A DNA stretch of 64,000 bases from Penicillus capitatus (Eukaryota > Plantae > Chlorophyta). A program made the translations under genes and the position numbers. The stretch spans positions 612,292 to 676,291 of the forward strand of contig OZ287707.1 in the NCBI GenBank assembly GCA_965649825.1, given 5' to 3'. This document shows, in pieces, positions 20,373-33,858 of the stretch. Each line of letters starts with the position of its first letter. Position 1 is the stretch's first letter. Below the pieces are notes generated by a model, which was given only the letters and a program-made list of their open reading frames with translations, searched no databases and was not told where the DNA came from.

Positions 20373-21801
20373 TCATCCATTTTTTGCAGTCTTTTCACGA
20401 AAACGGACGACAAGTTTTCTCTGATTCGCATCCCAAGGGAAAGATGTTCCATCGAGCTGTTCGATTGCTGCGAGATTCATTTCTTTTGTTTCATACGTGA
20501 TAAAGGCGCAGACAGCCTCTGTGTTTCCCATCTTTTCTGAGGATATTGAGTTCGAGAATTTCGCTAAAGGGACGGAGTATGTCCCATAGTGTATATTCGT
20601 TTACTTGCTGCAGTATCTGACCGATGAACAATGTCCATTCTTTGACTCTGGGATCACTGAATTCTTTCCAATTTTTTCCGTTAGCCCCGACGAGCACATC
20701 ACTCAAATCTCGCACCGTCGACACGCTATCGTGCTGACCCATCCCAAAATTGACGGTCGATAGATGCAGCGACGTACTCGTGGTCGTCAGATTGGAAATC
20801 GGCGCCACAATTGCTCTCGTCTCCTTTCCAAAATCCTGACACGAATTATCTATGCATCAACAAGAAGCCCATCCATCTGTTTCTGTCCTTTTCAGAAATC
20901 GGTGACGTTCTTCCTGAACCATTCGAGGCGGCTCATTCCAATGAGGTTTCCCATCCCCATGCGACTGAAGAGGTATCCCATCTCGAGTGGATCTCTTTTT
21001 CTCTTTGTTCTCCCCCACACAGCAACGAAAACGGTCGCTTGGTGACGTCCGTACGATCTTCTGGTGTCAATGGTCTCTTCTCGCCGATGACTTGTGCTGC
21101 GCTTCTGACGGGATCTGCTGTTTTGGCATCTGCAAATTTCACGACGAGCGGTCGTTTGGATTCTTGAAACAGAAATCTCTCGTTGAGTGTGCGAATGGCA
21201 TCTTCTGCCTGACGCCATTTCTCAAACCGAACGAACGCACAACAAACAGCTACAACATCACGCACGACGCAGATCGATGAGACGCAAACGCGCGAATCAA
21301 CCTGCAAGACGCTTGAGCATCTCGAACTCAGTGATCGCACCGAACTGCGAAAAGAGTCTCTCCACGTCACTCTCCTGAACCTCGCGCGGAATCTATTATC
21401 ACAAATCCGCGAAGAAGTATCGCCGGCAACCAGCGACGTTTCCAGGCGCACTTGTCCGACGAAGAGCTTTCGAGGCTTGATCCCGACGTGACGATCGCCA
21501 CGCTTAAGCGGATCGGCAATGCGTATGACGAGGCGTTTCGTGCTGCCGAGGTCAAGTCGACCCTCTTCCGCACCCTCGAGGATGCGCTCGACGTCGGACT
21601 AGATTTCGAACCAGATCATCGCGCCGCGTGTGGAAACATTGAGTTGACGCGGCGTCAACATGTCAATGAACTGAACGTGGCCAAGAGAGTCAAATCGACG
21701 CCGGAGAGCGTTTTCGTCGACATCGACAGGGACTTGACCGACAAAGAGCTTAGGACTCTAAGAGACACAGTTGTCTTCGACACTCATCCAGACTCCACCA
21801 T
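20373..21801 (-). pseudogene. CELF/FCA-like triple-RRM RNA-binding gene with two apparent lesions
   Basis: Three RRMs (KLFVGQVP, KLFVGQ|IP...CAFVRF, LFIGQI...CAFITY). In-frame TAG at 21599-21601 inside RRM1; 4-nt insertion at ~20511-20514 inside RNP1 of RRM3. Confidence 0.65.
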
Positions 21802-21960
21802 TCAACCAGCCGTCAATAATGCAGAACGCGAATCGTCAATCACTGAACGGAACGGTTAAATGCGACGGCTATCGTGAATAACGCATGCAGTAAGAAATTT
21901 TCTCCTGTTCAAAAAAGATAAACGGTTCTCATCTACACGACGAGCTTTGAAGAAAACCAA

Positions 21961-23938
21961 AATGGCCCAGATGTTCAGACGCCATGTCTGGACGCTCCTT
22001 TGTGTTATGGTTCTTTCGGCTTTGGCGACAGACGACGTCCCGCTGAATCACATTCAAGTTTGTTTTTTTTTTCTGCCCGTATCAACTGACTTAGACCTGT
22101 CTGTCCCCGTGATGAGGTACTTCATGCGCACAACAGCTACCATTTGATTCCCGAAGATTCGGTTCTCGGATTGCTCGACTCGTACGTTAAAATAATCTAT
22201 CTGTATGGATATCTATCTCTAACCTGTGTCTGATGGCACAGGAGAATTGTTCAGTCCATTGCCGTATGGATCACTCCTGTTCGAAAGGGATTTGGTTGTG
22301 TGCACATTTAGAATACTATCTTTGATGTGGCGGCTGAGAACGGAACACAGAGTTTTGAGTACGGGTATCCTTCCATGTACGATTTACTGGACGTATGGGG
22401 AGTTCGATCTCTCGAACTGGACTGTTTTTACGATCCTGACGGAGGTTTCACCAATACCAGCACGCTCATTTCAGAATTACGCTGTTTGCTGAAACAGGTC
22501 ATTATTCCAAACCGGCTGGAAGGAAAATTGCCGGAAGTCGAACGCCTTTCTCCACCGAAGACCTCGATAGGCCTGGGTGCGCCTGATGACGCCACACATT
22601 TTAGACCTTGTCTGCATTGAGTGTGTATCATAGTTGGAAAGTCTTGCACATTCCAGATGTGGATTTCAACAGTACATGCTTCACTCTGTTGGGGTGTCTG
22701 CAACAGATCAAAGACTGGTCTGATTCGAATGAGGGCCACATTCCCATCTTCATTTCCATCGAGCCTTCGGCAAGAATGCACAGGAACTTGCTGTCCTGCA
22801 TTTGAGATGGCGTTCCTGTATTCAGGTATATGATCCAAACGATTTGCTTGGTGAGGAGGCAGTAGGACTTCTGAATCAATTACTCCAACAGCGAGAGGGG
22901 GAGCCAATGGAGCTCACTGTTTCCCGTCCTATCGATGAAGATGCTTTTGGGAGTCTATTGGAAGAAATCTTGAGTGTCTTCAACGTATCCGATATTATCA
23001 CACCGTCTGAAATCAAGGGCAACGACACAACACTAGTGAACGCCGTGACTACAAGAGGGTCGGTCCATCTTCCTTCTGTTACCCCTCGCCATTCACTGTT
23101 TTCGTTCTGTATTCAAAGGTGGCCGTTGCTGTCTGAATTAAGGGGACGCGTGCTGTTCATAATGTCTCCAGTATATACCGATTTTCTACTTTCTGTCTAT
23201 CCAGGGCTAGAGAACTCGCCGATCTTTCCTTCGGCATACGACGATCGTCTGCATCGAGATCACACAGTATTTGTTGCCGTACAGGCCACTGATCCAGCAT
23301 TGCCTACGAACGAAGCTCGCTGGAACAGAACAGTACTTTCGCCGTTTTCTTGAAAAAGCGAAATAACGGGGCATTCTTAGGTCAATGCCTTGACAAGGAA
23401 CTTGACAGAGTTCATCGATCAAGGCTACATCGTTCGTGGATTTGCCGATTATGCAACTTCAGAAGCCCGAGCGTCATACACCAGACGGTCTGCCGTTCAA
23501 GTCTTTCGTCCGGATTCCTAATGTCTGTCTGGTTTTGATCAGGAGGGATCGTGTCATTGCCGCTGGAGCGCACTTAGTAGCCACAGACTATCCAGGCGGA
23601 ATTCAGCCCGAGACATTCGACTCGACATATAGTGTCCAATTAGAAAACGATTCCGTGGTTGTCTGCAATCCAAGGACATCCAATGCGTCATGCCAAAGCA
23701 TCGACTTCATTGCGAGGACTGAACCGCCACAGCCATCGCTTGACTCTGCATGTATGCTTGCATGATCCACTCACTCACTGTTCTTATCTTCATCACCTTC
23801 CGGCCAGCTTCTCCTGAGGTGACTCCAGACGATCAGTTGGTCGATTTAGACGTCGACGAAGAGAGCGCAGCCCATTCCATTCGATATCATTTAATCATGC
23901 TTGGCATTACTGCTATTGCTGCTATTGTGATCCTGTAA
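21961..23938 (+). CDS. Secreted/membrane-anchored PI-PLC-like phosphodiesterase (PI-PLC-C1-like); multi-exon
   Basis: Signal peptide; HAHNSYH, GVRSLELD, HIPDVDFNSTC..CLQQIKDWSDSNEGHIPIFISIEP and WPLLSELRGRVLF; C-terminal TM LIMLGITAIAAIVIL. Confidence 0.75.
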
Positions 23939-23956
23939 TCGTCATACCTAGCCTTG

Positions 23957-26900
23957 ATGGACGATAAACCTTTCTGTCGACAGTACGATTCTGTAATGGT
24001 GGAGGTCGAAACGCCGAGAGAGAGCGGCGGCGGTAGTGGATTGCCTCCTCTGTACTCGATGCGAATCGTCTCGCTGGAACATCGAATGCGACGACCCATA
24101 CCTGGACTGGACTTCTGTTTCAGCGAGCTTTCGGGGACCTGTGTTGAGCGCGTCCCTGTGATGACGGTCTTCGGATCAACATCTGCTGGACAGAGCACTT
24201 GTTTGCATGTCCACAAAGTGTTCCGTTTTTCCCTGTGCCTCCAACTGACAGAAGGACGACGATAGGTTATGCCTTACTTCTATGTGCCTTTCCCGACGGA
24301 GGTCTCGATCGAAACCGATGAAGGTCAGATATCTGTCATGCCAACGCTACAGCGCCAAATGCAGTGCAGTTTCCAGATTTATGAGCTCCTTTGGAACATC
24401 TCTGGAAAGTGCCTTGAACGAATCATCGTCATATCGATGCCAGAGACTGTTTAATCTGCAGTTAGTGTCCGCGAGGGACATCTATGGATTCCATCCCGAA
24501 GACCACGTGTTTATCAAAATCGTGCTGTACAATCCTCGGGACGTGGCAAATGCCGCAGAGATTTTGCAAGTAAGGATGAGATACGTTCCGTGATCGTCGT
24601 AGACAACAAACGTGGGCGTGGATGTCAGAGAGGCGCAGTGAACGGAATTACATTCCAGCCATACGAAACGCATCTGCCCTTTCATCTTCAATTCAAAGTG
24701 ATGCTTGTTATTGTTGAAATGCAAAAGTGTGTTGGTGCTGCGGCAGATTGACTACAATCTTTTTGGAATGGGGATGCTTGATTTGAGAAAGCTCTACTTT
24801 AGACAACCGCTTCCTGAACACCATATCGATCGACATGCCAAGTGGCGAGATTCCGGTGCATCACACCAGGATGCTGAGCAGATCGGTGCCGAAAGGACCG
24901 TTTGGGCAGCTTCGATGGACGGTGGAGCTGCTGGTTTGTTCAATGCGGATCCTGTTTGGACCTGTCAAACAACACCTGTCTCTCTCGTCTGGCCAGTTCA
25001 TGACAGGCAGGACAGATCGTTTGGCTAAAGACGTGTTGGGTGAGAAGTTCCTGTTGTTTTAGATCGATCAGCAGACAGAGTCCGTGTACCTTGGAAGCAG
25101 ATGCTGTTGCTGAAGACATCCTGAACGTGCATCAAGTGCAAACAAGATATCTCATGTTCTCTGTTGTGAATTACCTACTCGTATTCTGTCAGCTAAAGTG
25201 GGAGAGCATTGATGAAGTGGATGAGGACACACGTGTGATGCAGAGTTTGAGTGGATTTTGGCCAGAAGATACATCTTTCATGGACGGTCTACCGATCCAG
25301 CGTGACGTCAAGGGGGAACTCTGTGAAGACATTGTCAGGATCAAAAAGAAAATAAAGGCAAAATACAGAACTTATGAAGAGAATGAACATTCGATCGCCT
25401 TTCAGGATATGCAAAATTCGTACAAGACCTTCTCTTCAGTTAGGGAATCGATTTCTGCCTCTGCCAGCAGGAATCGTTCCGCTTTGCTCAGTGCCTGGAA
25501 GACATCTCGTCGTATGCTGATCACAACGAAACGTGCAGTTTTGAAGGCTGATCGGTTTAGGGCAATGCAAAGCGCCTATATCTCCAGCCAATAGTTTGAT
25601 CGAAAAGCAATCACACTGCGCCTGTCCGTCACCGGTGCACGAAACGGCAACAACTTCACATACCGACCTGCATGATGATAATGGGAGTCTTCGGGTATCT
25701 CTTGTTTTGCTTCTCGGCGTCTCTGTGACTTGTGCCGTAGGAGGATGTTGTTGAAACAGAAGGGGTCTCGGACTGTGGACTCCTGCTCGAATTGGCCGAC
25801 ATCGCAGAGGCAGACATTGCAGTGAACATTGAACAAGACCAGCAAGAGATCCAGGACATCATGACATGCTACGAAGGTCACATGCGTTTTCTGTGTCCTT
25901 TCATGATGTCGAGAATTCTATCCCTGCAGAAGATGAAGAGGCGGATGACTCTGGAGAGGAATCTGTCAAAAAGATGAACAAAAATGCAGTCCTTGGACCA
26001 GACCTTGCGGTTGAAGAAGAGACAAAGCAGAACGACGCTGTGGAGTTAGCAGACATGGCGTATGTGTTCCAAGAAAACGAGATGCTGCGTAACGTCGGAG
26101 CGTATTTGGTACCCATCAGACGACCTCCATCTCATCGTGAGGTCGAACAAGATGTGGAAAAATCGATCGTTGCAACCGACAACCGTCGCCCAAGTTACTG
26201 CTACACATCGCATCTTGATCGACTTGCTTGGAAACAGACGCCGTCCTTCACCGATTCCAGATCTCATTGGGACAGAATCAGGCTTCAACAAACGACAAGG
26301 CCACCTTCCTTTACGGACAGCCAATTTCAAGTGAAGGATCATTTTAGAAAGCGCTCGCTCATTCAAGCTCATCTCGTGTGGAAGGATTCGAGGGGACGTT
26401 GGATTTGGGGAACATGTGCTCAGCCACCAACTCGTCAAGAAATTGATCAATGGATTTCTCAGAACCTGTTGACGGTCGACGAGCCGTCCGATGGAGAACA
26501 AGAGATGGAAGATGTCGAACTGCCGACGATAGCTGAAGAACAGGACTACGGCAAACGGCCAGATTCTCCGGATTACGACGAGTCCTCCAACTTCTTCTTC
26601 ACTCCTCGATCACTCAAGGCTTTGACAACTGCAAGAAAACGTGCACCTCATCAGAGAGGACCTGGCTCTTTATATAAGCGTCTGGTGTAGGGAGAGGATC
26701 TGATCATCAGAAAACAAAAGACAGGATTTCTGTTGGAAGATTCGATCGCACATCGGAGCTCTCTGGTACGAGTGCTTCAGATTCCAGTCGATGGAAGAAA
26801 CAGCGACGCAGTGAGACGAGACTAAAGATTCCTGAATACCAAGCAGCACAGCAGTTGATAGTTTGCTGCATCGAAATCCATGCGGCATCAAGGTGTGAAA

Positions 26901-29843
26901 ACCGCTCCTCGTGTGCTTTCGGTCCAATGCGTGCCATGGACACAGAAACCACCTGCAGCCAGATCCGCGTCACGATGCCGTCCACTGCATCGTGATCTCG
27001 GCTGCCAAAGACGATGCCATAGCCAATGCATTTCACAAGATTCTGGTCTTCCATCAAGATGGAGTCGCTCTTGCGGAACAGGCCGACGTGCTGATTGGCC
27101 TCAAAGATACAGCGGTATCGTTTCTCGACACAGAACGTTTATTACTGGACAGATTCATCAAAGAGATGCGAGTGTTGGATCCTGACGTCCTCACTGGCTT
27201 CGAGATGCAGAAATCTTCGTTGGGGTATCTGGTGGAACGTGCAATTGTGTTGGATCTTCATCTTCTCAAGTACATCGCAATCCTTTCCATTCACTTAAGA
27301 CAGCGATGTGCAGTGAGATCTCGAGGCTGCCGTTTGTCAAAGCACCTGGCGGATCAGAAAGAGCCAATTCCTATGGAGAGCGCCACAGCATTAGTCTGAA
27401 CTGTCCCGGTCGAATTATGATGAACTGCTGGCGGATCTTGCGGCATGAGATCAAACTCAATATCTACACATTCGAAAACTGTGCAGCCGAAGTGCTCAAG
27501 ATTCGGCTACCCAAGGTTCCGCAATGGACACTGCATTCCTGGTTTCTCTCGCACTCTTCCAAGCATGACTTAGAGCGCTGTGTCCATACATACTGGCGTC
27601 GAGCTCGGACTGTACTTGATATGATCGACCATCTGGATGTGATTGGACGAACATCTGAGATGGCACGGATCTACGGCGTCGATTTCTTTTCGGTGTTCTC
27701 GCGCGGGTCTCAGTATAGAGTGGAGAGTATGTTGGTGCGATTGGCACACAGTCAGAACCATATCATGATCTCTCCATCCAGTCAGCAAGTTTTTGAGCAA
27801 CCAGCCATGGAAAGCACTCCCTTGGTGTTGGAACCGTGCTCGGATATTGTGTGTGACCCAGTCGTCGTCCTTGACTTTCAGTCTCTCTATCCGTCACTCG
27901 TCATTGCCTATAACCTCTGCTATACCACTCTCTGTGCCAAAAATATCTATCACCCAGGCACTTCTGTCAAGCTAGGGGTGACGCACTATACCATCCCTGA
28001 TGTATCGCTGGCTCTTCTCTTTCCTTATGCAGATCTCTGTGATGCAGGTTGTCTGCGATGGAACTGTCCGGAGCGATGATTTTACAGTGACACCCAATGG
28101 AATGGTCTTTCTGCCAGCCAAAAAGAAGAAAGGGATCTTGCCCCGTCTGCTGAAAGAGATTCTCGACACGCGTATCATGGTCAAGAAACAGATGAAAACG
28201 CTTGATCCGGACCAGAGAGCACTGATGAGGTCCATTCGATTGTTCTTCTGCCTATCACACAGAGTCCGTCAATAAGACAGGTGCCTAAACTCCCGGCAGT
28301 TCGGATTGAAGATGATTGCGAATGTGAGCTACGGATATACCGCAGCAGGTTTCTCTGGAAGAATGCCTATGGCAGAACTCGCCGATGCCATTGTGCAGAG
28401 CGGTCGACAGACACTGATCAATGCCATAGATCTCATTCAATCGCATCCAGACTGGTACTCCTCAACTTCTCGATTCTTCCCTTCCTCTGTAAAGATCTTC
28501 TTTTAGGAATGCACGTGTCATTTATGGTATGGATTGCCGCGTGTTCTCTTCCAAATATGATGCCATGTCGATTCAGGAGATACGGACAGTGTGTTCGTAA
28601 AACTGCCAGGGAGGAGCAGACAGCAAGCCTTCGTCATTGGCAAGGTGAGCACGGATGTGCATTCGATGACAGTTATCGAGTTTTCCGCAGGAAATCGCTC
28701 AAACAGTGACACGTCACAATCCCTCTCCAATGGAACTGAAGCTTGAGAAAATCTATCACCCCTGTGTGCTGTTGACGAAGAAGCATTACGTTGGGAATAT
28801 GTACGAGTCTCCAGATCAGACAAAACCCACGATCGACGCCAAAGGCATCGAGACAATCCGGCGTGATTCCTGCCCAGCCGTCTCCAAGGTACTGCAGAAG
28901 GTCCTGTCACTCATCTTTAAGACCAGAGACCTCTCGCAAGTACCTTCCAATATCAGCACACCGCGCACTCTATTCTGAGAAAAGACCAGGTGCAGGGATA
29001 CCTCCAGAGGCAATGGAAGAAGATCCTCGCCGGTCAAGTGAGCATCAAGGATTTTATTTTTGCCAAAGAAGTGCGAGTGGACGGCTACCGTTCGCACATT
29101 CTCCCACCAGCTGCCGTCGTCGCTTCCCAGGTCATCCATTTCAACACAACGTCGTTCTTAATGTCTACTGCAGGCAATGAAACGAGACCCTCGAGCAGAA
29201 CCGCAGTATGCTGAGCGTGTTCCTTATGTTGTGGTCTATGGTCAGCCGGGATCGCGTCTCGTCGATTTGGTCGTGGATCCTTACAAGCTCGTGGATTCGG
29301 CAGGAAACATGCGATTGAATGCTATGTACTACATCACACGACAGATCAATCCCACTCTCGATCGTGTCCTGTCCCTCATTGGAGTTTCTGTGCATTCCTG
29401 GTTTGCTTCCTTGCCCCGTCCCATGCGCTCCATGCCACACAAAAGAAGAAATCGGATGACCAAGAAAACAAAAAGGCAACGCACGATCGACAGTTACTAC
29501 GTGTCCCGTCACTGTCCAGTGAGCTGCCTTCTCTGATGCATCTCCGATGATCTCGGCTGCTCAGATATGTGATCAGTGGACCGTTGCTTCGGAGAGAATC
29601 TGTCCAGATTGCCAGACCCATCCGCAGAAGACACTGAGCATTGCCAACGCTCGTTCCGCGAGATGCGAATCTCTGCTGTCCCATTTAAACACTGTCTGCC
29701 GTCATTGCGGCTGCTATCCCTCTCTTCCCTCTCCAGATTTCTGCCGTTCTCTCGACTGTCCCATTTTCTTTGAAAGGGTGAAGATGAGTGAAGAAATGAA
29801 GATTGCCCGTGGACTGTTGCATGAAGTCTCCATTCGATTCTAG
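23957..29843 (+). CDS. REV3: DNA polymerase zeta catalytic subunit; multi-exon
   Basis: RVPV..VFG...GQSTCLHVHKV, YETHLPFILQF, CPGRIMMNCWR, SRGSQYRVESM, VLDFQSLYPS, KMIANVSYGYTAAGFSGRMP, YGDTDS, DAKGIETIRRD and the C-terminal CysA/CysB clusters. Confidence 0.96.
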
Positions 29844-29880
29844 TTGATTGCTTGCATTGATTGGACGGCTCTTTGGAAAG

Positions 29881-30589
29881 ATGCTGCGGAGCGGCTTCGG
29901 GCGTTTGTTGTCACGATGCCACGATCTAAGTTTTCGCGCGATCGCGACGACGCGTCTTGCATTTCAGGAGGGTGAAGGCGAAGTCGCCGTCGGCAAAGAA
30001 GAGTTTATCAAGTCATGGGACGAACGTGTCGCATCAGGACTTAAGACGCCGAATTTCGCGAGTGATTGGACAGAGCCAAAAGAGACAGAGGCTCAGGAGG
30101 AAGCCAAACCGACTGAGCTCCCCAAGAAACTCAGACTTAATTTTTACATGCCATCAGAGATCATCATGGAACAAACGGAGGTATATGGATAGAGAGGACG
30201 AATGGACTGATTGATCTATCTATCTGCTTTAGGTGGATATGGCATTGCTTCCAGCTGTGACAGGCGATTTTGGTGTCATGCCTGGTCATGTGCCCACCAT
30301 GGCTCAGCTGCGCCCAGGCGTTATATCTGTGCATAAGGAATTGGATAAAGACATCAAGAAGTATTTTGTGAGTGGAGGATTTGCGTTTGTCCACGCAGAC
30401 TCCACAACAGATGTCTGCGTTGTGGAGGCGGTGGAGCTGGAACATCTAGACAAAGAAGCCATCAAAGCAGGACTGGCAGAGTACACAGCCAAGTTGGGAT
30501 CGATTCAATCCCAAGGAGACGATTATGAGATTGCAGCTGCTCAAATAGGAGTCGATGTTTATTCAGCCATGGATGCGGCTGTGCCTTAA
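29881..30589 (+). CDS. ATP5F1D: Mitochondrial ATP synthase F1 subunit delta
   Basis: Presequence; KLRLNFYMP, VDMALLPAVTGDFGVMPGHVPTMAQLRPG and YFVSGGFAFVH; one intron. Confidence 0.95.
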
Positions 30590-30932
30590 GCTCTCTGAAC
30601 TACATACAGAACATGCCAATGAGGTGTTAAGAGTGGCAAGATGTTTTCGTCCATGTAATATGTCATCTTCTGGCACTTCTTGCCATAAGGAAGTGACTGG
30701 ACGCGCGAATCTAGACCACAGCATTAGATCGTGCCTTACATCACTACTCTGTTGCATCTTCATCCAAAGCGACAGACATGGCCAGAACTGCATCACAAAG
30801 ACACACGCGCACAACAAAGAAAGCCAACATCTGAGTCTCGTGGTATCATCCATCTCCCTCCTGAAGAGTAAATGAGAAATCGAGGCAAAGCGAGAACACC
30901 GTTCTCTTCCGATAAATGTATACCATATATCT

Positions 30933-33416
30933 TCAGGGCAATGCGCCTTCCATTTCTTTCATAAATCGTTCGTATTCACTCATGACTGTTGTCTCTGCTG
31001 GGTGGCTGACTGGAGGCGGCGGGGGAACTCCAAACGATGCGGATGGATCGCCCGGAAGCGGCGGAGGCGGTGGTGGTACCATTTGCGCATCGGAACTTGT
31101 GGCATTGTACGATTCTGCATTCTGAAAATCAGGCATAGCAAAAGGGGCATACTCTGGCACCACTCCGGGAGGCGGTGGAACGCCGGGTGGAGGCGCATTG
31201 GCCATAGGAGGCAAAACTGGAAAAAACGGATAGGCAAAGGGATTGAATGGCATGGAAGGCATAGACATTCCTGCGGAAGACGATCCTGAAGGCAGAGGCG
31301 GCACAAAACCTGGTGGAAAGCCTGCAGGCAAGGGTGGCTGAACTGTCTGTTCTGATGCCAACGGCGCTGCTGCTGCTGCAGACTTCGAGCCTGTTCCAGC
31401 AATTCTGACAGTCAATGTCTTTCCTGGAGCGACGGTGTATCCGTCCAGTGCAGCCATCGCTTTGCCTGCATCTTCAGCCGTTCTCATATTCACAAAACCA
31501 TAGCCCCTGGCCATTCCCGTTTCTTTATCAATAATGAGCTTCACATCTGTCACATGTCCATAGTCTTCAAAGAGCTTCCGCAGACCGCCTTCCGTTGCAT
31601 CTGGTGGCAGATGGGCCACATATAGCTTCGAATCGTCAGGTTCACTGTTGATCGATCTGAGTCGCTGTGCTCCAGGTGCTTCGGAACGGAGACGCACGAC
31701 AAGTGGACGGCCATCGATCAGCTTGCCACTCATCTCATCTTTCGCAATCTTCGCATCTACGGTGTTTGTGTAGTGCACAAAACCGAACCCTCTGCTCGTT
31801 CCTGTCACTAAGTCCATCAACACCGTTGCGTGAAGCAGCGGGCCATATTTGGCAAACATCGACCGAAGCGTCGCATCCGTCACAGAGTGCGGCAGATTTC
31901 CCACATAGAGCTTACAATCGTCAGGGAGGTCATCTCCAGGTCGTCGAATGGCTCTGTGTGCATTGGCTGTCAACTCGTCTGCTGCTCGCTGCGCGTTGAT
32001 GATACTGGCTAGACTGGACAAAGACTGTGCATCTCTGACGGCACTGGACGGAATGTTGTCAGGCACATCGCCGCCCAATTGTGCCAGGAAAGCTTTGTAC
32101 TCAGTGTCCACCTCTCCAGCTTTCTCCGGGTGGGCCCTGAGAACATCTTTTCGGTACAGTTCATCCACTTTCTCTTGAATGGCAGACGGGAGCTTGTACA
32201 CATCCATTGACTGCTTTGGACATTCGTATGAGCGATGCCCGGGATCGCCACACAGATAACATGTCTGATCATCTTTCAACGTTCCGTTCAATGCTGCCAA
32301 TTCTCTCAACTGCAATCTCTTGTGTTCGTTCTGCTCTTCATCGACAGGTTTCAGCAAACTGTTGACCATCTTTGCAGCCAGATCCACCTAAAACAACAAA
32401 AAACGTGTAAACGGCGCATTCCTTTTTCAGCATCAATGACGTACATCTTCTTGGCGATCGCCGGTGATGAGGACATGAAGCTCCTCCTCTTCGCCGTAGT
32501 CATACTTTGGATCTTTGGTCGCTCCCTCTTTGACGGAACCTTTACCTCGGATCGCAATCTTCGTGTTTGTCTCTTTTTGCATTCTCTTCTGCGTATTTCC
32601 TCGCGGTCCAATGATCAATCCGATAAAATTGTAACCAGGAAAATTGCTCTGCGGAATGGGAATCTTTCGGAATTTTTTCTGTGGCTTGTAATCCGATGGC
32701 GGCTTGTACATCGGATCTTTCATGATGAGTTCCTCGATAATGTGATTACGCGTCTTCACCAGACGCTCTCGAATCCGAACGTCCCTTGTGTTCTGGCGAA
32801 TGCCGTTCTTATCATAGATGGGTTCCGGAGACGGCGAGCGTTCATGTTCAGGAGGGATGTCCAGGATGTTATTCAGCAACTTTCTGTTAATCTCATTCAA
32901 ACGCTCCTGCAACAGTTTCACTTCGGGATCTGCCTCATGGGGTTCCCCTGTCAAATGCGACGGCAGCGTAACCTGCAAGAAAATACTCAGCATCGTATGA
33001 AGCTCGATGATGTGTCTTACCCGAATGCCGCCAGGAAGAGTGAGTTCTTTGGGAAACATGGGTCGGGCGATAATGGCGCCCTCTTCGCCAGGTGGCGGCT
33101 GTTCCCATCGGCTCTTTCGCTTTTTCTTTTTCTTCGCCACAGCAGCGGCCACTGCTTCTTCGACTTCTTTGTTTGCAAAGGCGCCAAAACGCGAAGGACG
33201 TTTCTTTTGTTTTTTGGTGAGCGGTTCGAATGTAACACAGGGTTCTATTGGGGGCTCTGGACGAATGATGGGTCGGCGGATGCGTTAGGGTCGATAGTGC
33301 GCCGCACCTGGCGGAGGGTCGTCCTGCGTTCCGGGAGGAGGGGCGTCATCTTCAATAGGAAAATAAGGTGCCGGTTCCGGCGGCGGAGGTGGTTGGAAAC
33401 TCTGGATGTGGCTCAT
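30933..33416 (-). CDS. SF1: Splicing factor 1 / branchpoint-bridging protein (KH-QUA2, Zn knuckle, two RRMs)
   Basis: [41 protein letters not shown]...[22 protein letters not shown], two RRMs and a Pro-rich tail. Confidence 0.96.
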
Positions 33417-33858
33417 GGAAACAAAAAGCAGATACGATAACGACTTCAGTCAAAACGACTTCATCTTGTACATTAATGAATACAGTCGGATAGACAGCAG
33501 GAAACGCAAGACAAAAAGCTTTCCGCGACATTCTGTCGATATAGCCAGTCTTACACTCTGTCTCTCTTGTATATTTTTGATCGCTATAGTAAAAACTGGA
33601 TCTCTCCGAGATCGGTGTTTTTGATGAAACCGAAACCGGCAGAGGAATCGTTACGAGCTGAAGGTTTAAGGTTGTGTTCGCTGCGAGTGCCATGTTCGTA
33701 TAGACGCTATACAACTGGCTCAATGATCAGTTAGACCTTGGTGCGGGTCAGACGACAACGCCATCGGGATGTGGCGATTTGCCAAAATGGAATTTAGACC
33801 GTCGCACGATTTCGAATACATGCTCCTATTGGTGCCTGATTGATACGACGGCTGCATA

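Noticed and set aside
21599-21760. Non-standard code (TAA/TAG = Gln, as in some ulvophyte lineages), suggested by in-frame TAGs in the RRM gene
   Set aside because: Conserved ORFs of 400-600 codons contain no TAR codons, and ATP synthase delta, REV3 and LHCB5 end in TAA/TAG at expected positions. The 5'-most TAG fits an intron acceptor.
21452-21859. 135-aa plus-strand ORF
   Set aside because: It is the antisense shadow of RRM1-RRM2 on the minus strand.
32235-33440. 401-aa plus-strand ORF
   Set aside because: It is antisense to SF1 exons, with no domain signal of its own.
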